A DNA stretch of 63,999 nucleotides, filler included, from Craspedostauros australis (Eukaryota), in NCBI GenBank assembly GCA_030167865.1. It is 5 parts of 5 records of this genome, joined end to end, with 100 filler letters (N's around TTAATTAATTAA, not from the genome) between each part and the next. Parts side by side here need not be neighbours in the genome. Positions count along the whole stretch, not along the records: positions 59,111 to 62,890 come from JALAGF010002284.1; positions 62,991 to 63,999 come from JALAGF010002324.1; 3 more parts are not named here. The stretch is one strand, 5' to 3'. Numbering within the stretch: the first letter of the stretch is position 1; each line of letters begins with the position of its first letter. The notes below the pieces were generated by a model, which was given only the letters and a program-made list of their open reading frames with translations, was not told the origin of the DNA and did no database searches. The position numbers were made by a program, and so were the translations under genes. This document shows positions 60,611 through 63,999 of the stretch, piece after piece.

Positions 60611-61253
60611 TTCCTCATTGCAAATCTTTTTCATCATGCACATCTCATTGTGTATTCCAGGTGTGTTTGATCATGCTCGTCCATGGTGATTCCCTTCTAC
60701 ACTCCTGCAGTACCTGCGTGCCAACACCAAGTTGCACTCTGTTCAGATCGGCATCCGTCAACCTTTCAGTGCACTATCTTGGTTTGTTCACTCACTCTTC
60801 TCACATGTTCACCGATGGTCACACTTGGGTCAGAACATGGTGTTCTGGCACGATCGACTCAATCCTTCAACAATGTTCCAGCATGCGCTTTATTCTCTTT
60901 CGCGGTTCTCTCTCAATCACGTAATCATGTTCTGAGTTCTGAGTGAAACAACACTGATGGCGCTTTCGCATAGATGTTTGGTCCACCGGTCAACTTTCGT
61001 GTTTAGAACACTTCAGTGTTCCAGTCTCCCTTTTACATCCATTGTTCGCCATGTCAGTCCGTCAGTCATCACAAACATGTCACACCATTAGTCTGTCCGT
61101 TGTCAGTCATACTCTTGACACACAGAGGAGGATGACTCACAATCGACTTGGGAGTGTGTCCGACTTTGGTAGATCGACTAGTCTATTCTTGGTATTCTGG
61201 GGGGTGCGGCAATCTAAGTCATCACGACATAGTCGCACCCTCGATTCCTGACA
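60611..61253 (+). mobile_element. 5'-truncated LTR of the 16959 family
   Basis: Aligns to ~17110-17577 plus 18242-18414 without the nested insert; ends CGATTCCTGACA. Confidence 0.88.
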
Positions 61254-62890
61254 TGCGTGTCATGTAAGATAGCAGCGCAGTACTTTCAGAATGCCATCGA
61301 CCTGATGTCCAACGATCACTGGAGCCAACGGCACATGAATCATTCAGTGGAAGTGTACATCGCTGCAGCAGAATGCGCCTTTATCAATGCAGATATGATG
61401 ATGTTGGAGAAGTACGCAAAGGCTGTGCAGAACTCCGCGTGCTCCAAGCTGGACAAGCTGCGGGTGTACCATCTGATGATCGGAACGAGCAGAACAGTCA
61501 AGCACCGAGATGAGACTTCGTTCAATCCAATCATGTTTGGATTGAATGTTCTGCGTGGCATGGGATCACGCATACCGGAAGGGAGGAGACGGCAGAAACT
61601 TGCCACTCTGAAAGGGCTCATTGGTCTGTCATCGAAAGTGAAACAGAAATGGGCGCCTGCCTTGCTCCACACTCTGAAGTACACGACAAACAAGGAAGCT
61701 CTGGCATACATGATGACATTGGATCGGTTGGTGGATGCTTGTTTTCAGGATAGACCTGATCTCCTGCCTCTGCTGTTGATCGATGGCGTCCGCAAGTCCT
61801 TTGAGGTTGGACTGACGCCGTGGTCTGGCCCAGCGTTTGCTGGCCTGGCCAACCTCGTCCTCGCCCGACTGAACGATGTGCAAACTGCCACAGCATACGC
61901 CAACTACGCCGCGACGATGGTGGAGTCGATGGAGAATCACGAGGCAAAGAACCGCACTCTCATAGTTGCCAGCTCCAGAGCACTCAGCTGAGATGTGCCA
62001 TTCTCTCAGCTGCTCAAGAAATTCTCAGACATTCACGATGCATCAATGTCTGCAGGAGACTTGAACAATGCGATCTGGGCTGCCTTCATGTACACCTACG
62101 TTGGGTTGCACACCGGGCACAACTTGAACGAGGTGTACCAAGATCATCGAATCTACTTGCAACTAACGTATGGTTGCGAACTGGCAAGGCAGGAAGAAAA
62201 GCTGAATGTATTCGACAGTCTTGTTCGCAGATTGCTGGGGCAACCGTACGAACCGAAGAATCAATCCTCGTCGGACAGTCTCCTCCGCAGCAGGCATTCG
62301 CAGTCAGCCGGCGAAAGTGCCAAGGCACTGCGTCACCGTTGCTTGCGGGCGAATACCGAGGTAGTGTACGCGTCGTACATGGCAGACTACGTGACGGCAG
62401 CGGATTTGGCAGTCAAGTACTTCGAAGGAGTCATGAGGCTCTTCATGACTCATGCTGCAAGCATCTTTGCCATATTCTTCGCTGGTTTCAGCTGCTACGC
62501 TGCCATTGCGGACTCCGCCAAGCAACGGGAAAAGAAGAACAAGTATTTCAAGCAGTACAGGAAGCTCGCGCAGAAGTGCCGGGCCAAATTGGAGGAATGG
62601 ACCTCCCGTGGCTGTCCCAACACTGCGCATCTTCTCGACCTTGTGAACGCCGAATGGCTGTCATTGAAGGGTGATACGACGTTGGCACTCCAATGCTTCC
62701 AGGATTCCATCCGCTCGTCGGCACGGCGAGGGCAGATCAACATCCAGGCCATCGGCAATGAACGCCTGGCCGAGTTCCACATCCGAGACGGAGAGGCGGG
62801 TGATGCGCGTTACTATTTCGAAGAGGCACTGAGATTGAACAAGGAGTGGGGCGCCACAACGAAGGTGAAGGCTTTGGAGGAGCGGTGCGA
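61254..62890 (+). pseudogene. C-terminal TPR-like region of a STAND/AAA-ATPase (HstK/Pkn-like) signalling protein, disrupted
   Basis: Helical repeats: AAQYFQNAIDLMSNDHW, AAAECAF, GDLNNA, LVNAE, AIGNERLAEF, YFEEALRLNKEWGATTKVKAL. In-frame TGA at 61989-61991; an LTR abuts the 5' side. Confidence 0.7.
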
Positions 62891-62990
62891 NNNNNNNNNN
62901 NNNNNNNNNNNNNNNNNNNNNNNNNNNNNNNNNNTTAATTAATTAANNNNNNNNNNNNNNNNNNNNNNNNNNNNNNNNNNNNNNNNNNNN
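62891..62990. other. Artificial scaffold spacer
   Basis: 44N-TTAATTAATTAA-44N. Confidence 0.97.
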
Positions 62991-62991
62991 G

Positions 62992-63999
62992 GAAGCTCTT
63001 CAGCGAACAGACAGAGAGATTCGTCGAGAACAGCAAACGGATGAAGCCGATCACGACAACAGGCCTCTGGTACCGCTTGCGGATGACCCACCAGCTGCTC
63101 CCCCCACCCAAGCACCAGAGCAGACCGCTGAGCCACCAACAACTCCAAACAATCCATCACCAGATGTTGCTGAGGTCCAGCCACCGATTGCAACGCCATC
63201 CTCTGCTGTGCCATCAACGCCGTTGAATTCGAAGCCGCCTTCGCCAATTGCGAACTCGACGCCAGAGACTATTCCGTTCCAAACAAAATCACCTTCGTCA
63301 CAAAATGAACGTGATGAACCTCCATTGGCCGATGCTGATGACGAGGAGCTCCCACCNCTACCAGACTCTCCCCAAGAGGGAGGGACGCCACCAATGCCCA
63401 TCACGGCGCAACNGTCGCNTAGACGTGCAACAACACCTGCCAAGCCAAAGCGATCTACTCCTCGCAAGCCGTCGAAATCTCGTCAACAGAGGGAGCCCAT
63501 CCGACGATCGGCTCGTATCATGGGACAGCGTACCAGAGCGCCTCCAACACGCCTACACTACGATACTCTTGGAGGACGCTACTGCGACGATGATGGAGGT
63601 GATATCATCGTCCTTCTCACTGAAGAAGACAACTCATCGACCGCCAACATCGACATGCTTGAGCGACCATCCATTCGCATGGCCATCCAAGTACGAGAAG
63701 ACATCGCTGAGCAGCTTCACATGAACCCCCATATGGAATCAACCTTCGCGAGGGAGCTCGTTCCTCTACTTCACAGCATTGCCGATGATCTCAGCACCAC
63801 CTACGGATCCAGCTCTGAGAACCNTCCTTTGCCACCAAGCATTCAGCAAGCACCAACTCGTCTTCNACATCTACTCCCCTTTGGACAAAGTCCATTCTTC
63901 AGCGTCAATGGAGTAGATGAGTGGCGTGTTCAGATGCGCCCGTGGTCGAACCCAATTCAAATCTGCGATCCCAATGAAGCAGCGGAACACATACGAGAG
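62992..63999 (+). mobile_element. Probable LTR-retrotransposon (Copia) pol, integrase-RT linker region
   Basis: A stop-free frame runs from 62992 to the window end (absent from the ORF track). It is Pro-rich with PQEGG and PIRRSARI...RAPPTRLHYD, typical of post-integrase linkers. Scattered single Ns suggest a collapsed repeat. Confidence 0.55.

Noticed and set aside
61989..61991. In-frame TGA as possible selenocysteine or readthrough
   Set aside because: There is no redox motif, the gene is already cut by an LTR, and a Trp-to-stop mutation is the simpler explanation.

Overview
Eukaryotic nuclear DNA, most likely from a diatom. The evidence is GT-AG introns, an ASAFAP-type plastid presequence, diatom-style HSF and ankyrin genes, Copia elements and microsatellite-rich sequence. 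The window is a scaffold: four 100-bp artificial spacers (44N-TTAATTAATTAA-44N) and one 69-N gap interrupt it, so adjacency across them is unproven. Recognisable genes: a plastid-targeted unknown protein, membrin/GOSR2, Rab geranylgeranyltransferase alpha, a YWxW-repeat protein, a TM-VHL-PUB protein, a multipass membrane protein, a DUF1990 protein, a heat-shock factor, GCN2 (3 exons), DNA polymerase eta, an ankyrin protein, a TM RING-H2 E3, glutaredoxin and a diatom 'VRF/WY/RGLE' family protein. There are two transposon islands (~12.2-22.1 kb and ~59.1-64 kb). They contain an intron-bearing piggyBac-like transposase whose N- and C-terminal halves face opposite ways, a solo LTR with a frame-verified 6-bp TSD that itself carries an AGT...ACT insertion, truncated Copia pol, a nest of LTRs and a TPR/STAND-like pseudogene. 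The best candidates for new biology are the YWxW multivalent repeat protein, the VHL-PUB fusion and the divergent DDDK/DRGY piggyBac-like transposase. All protein assignments come from motif recognition by eye; no database searches were run.
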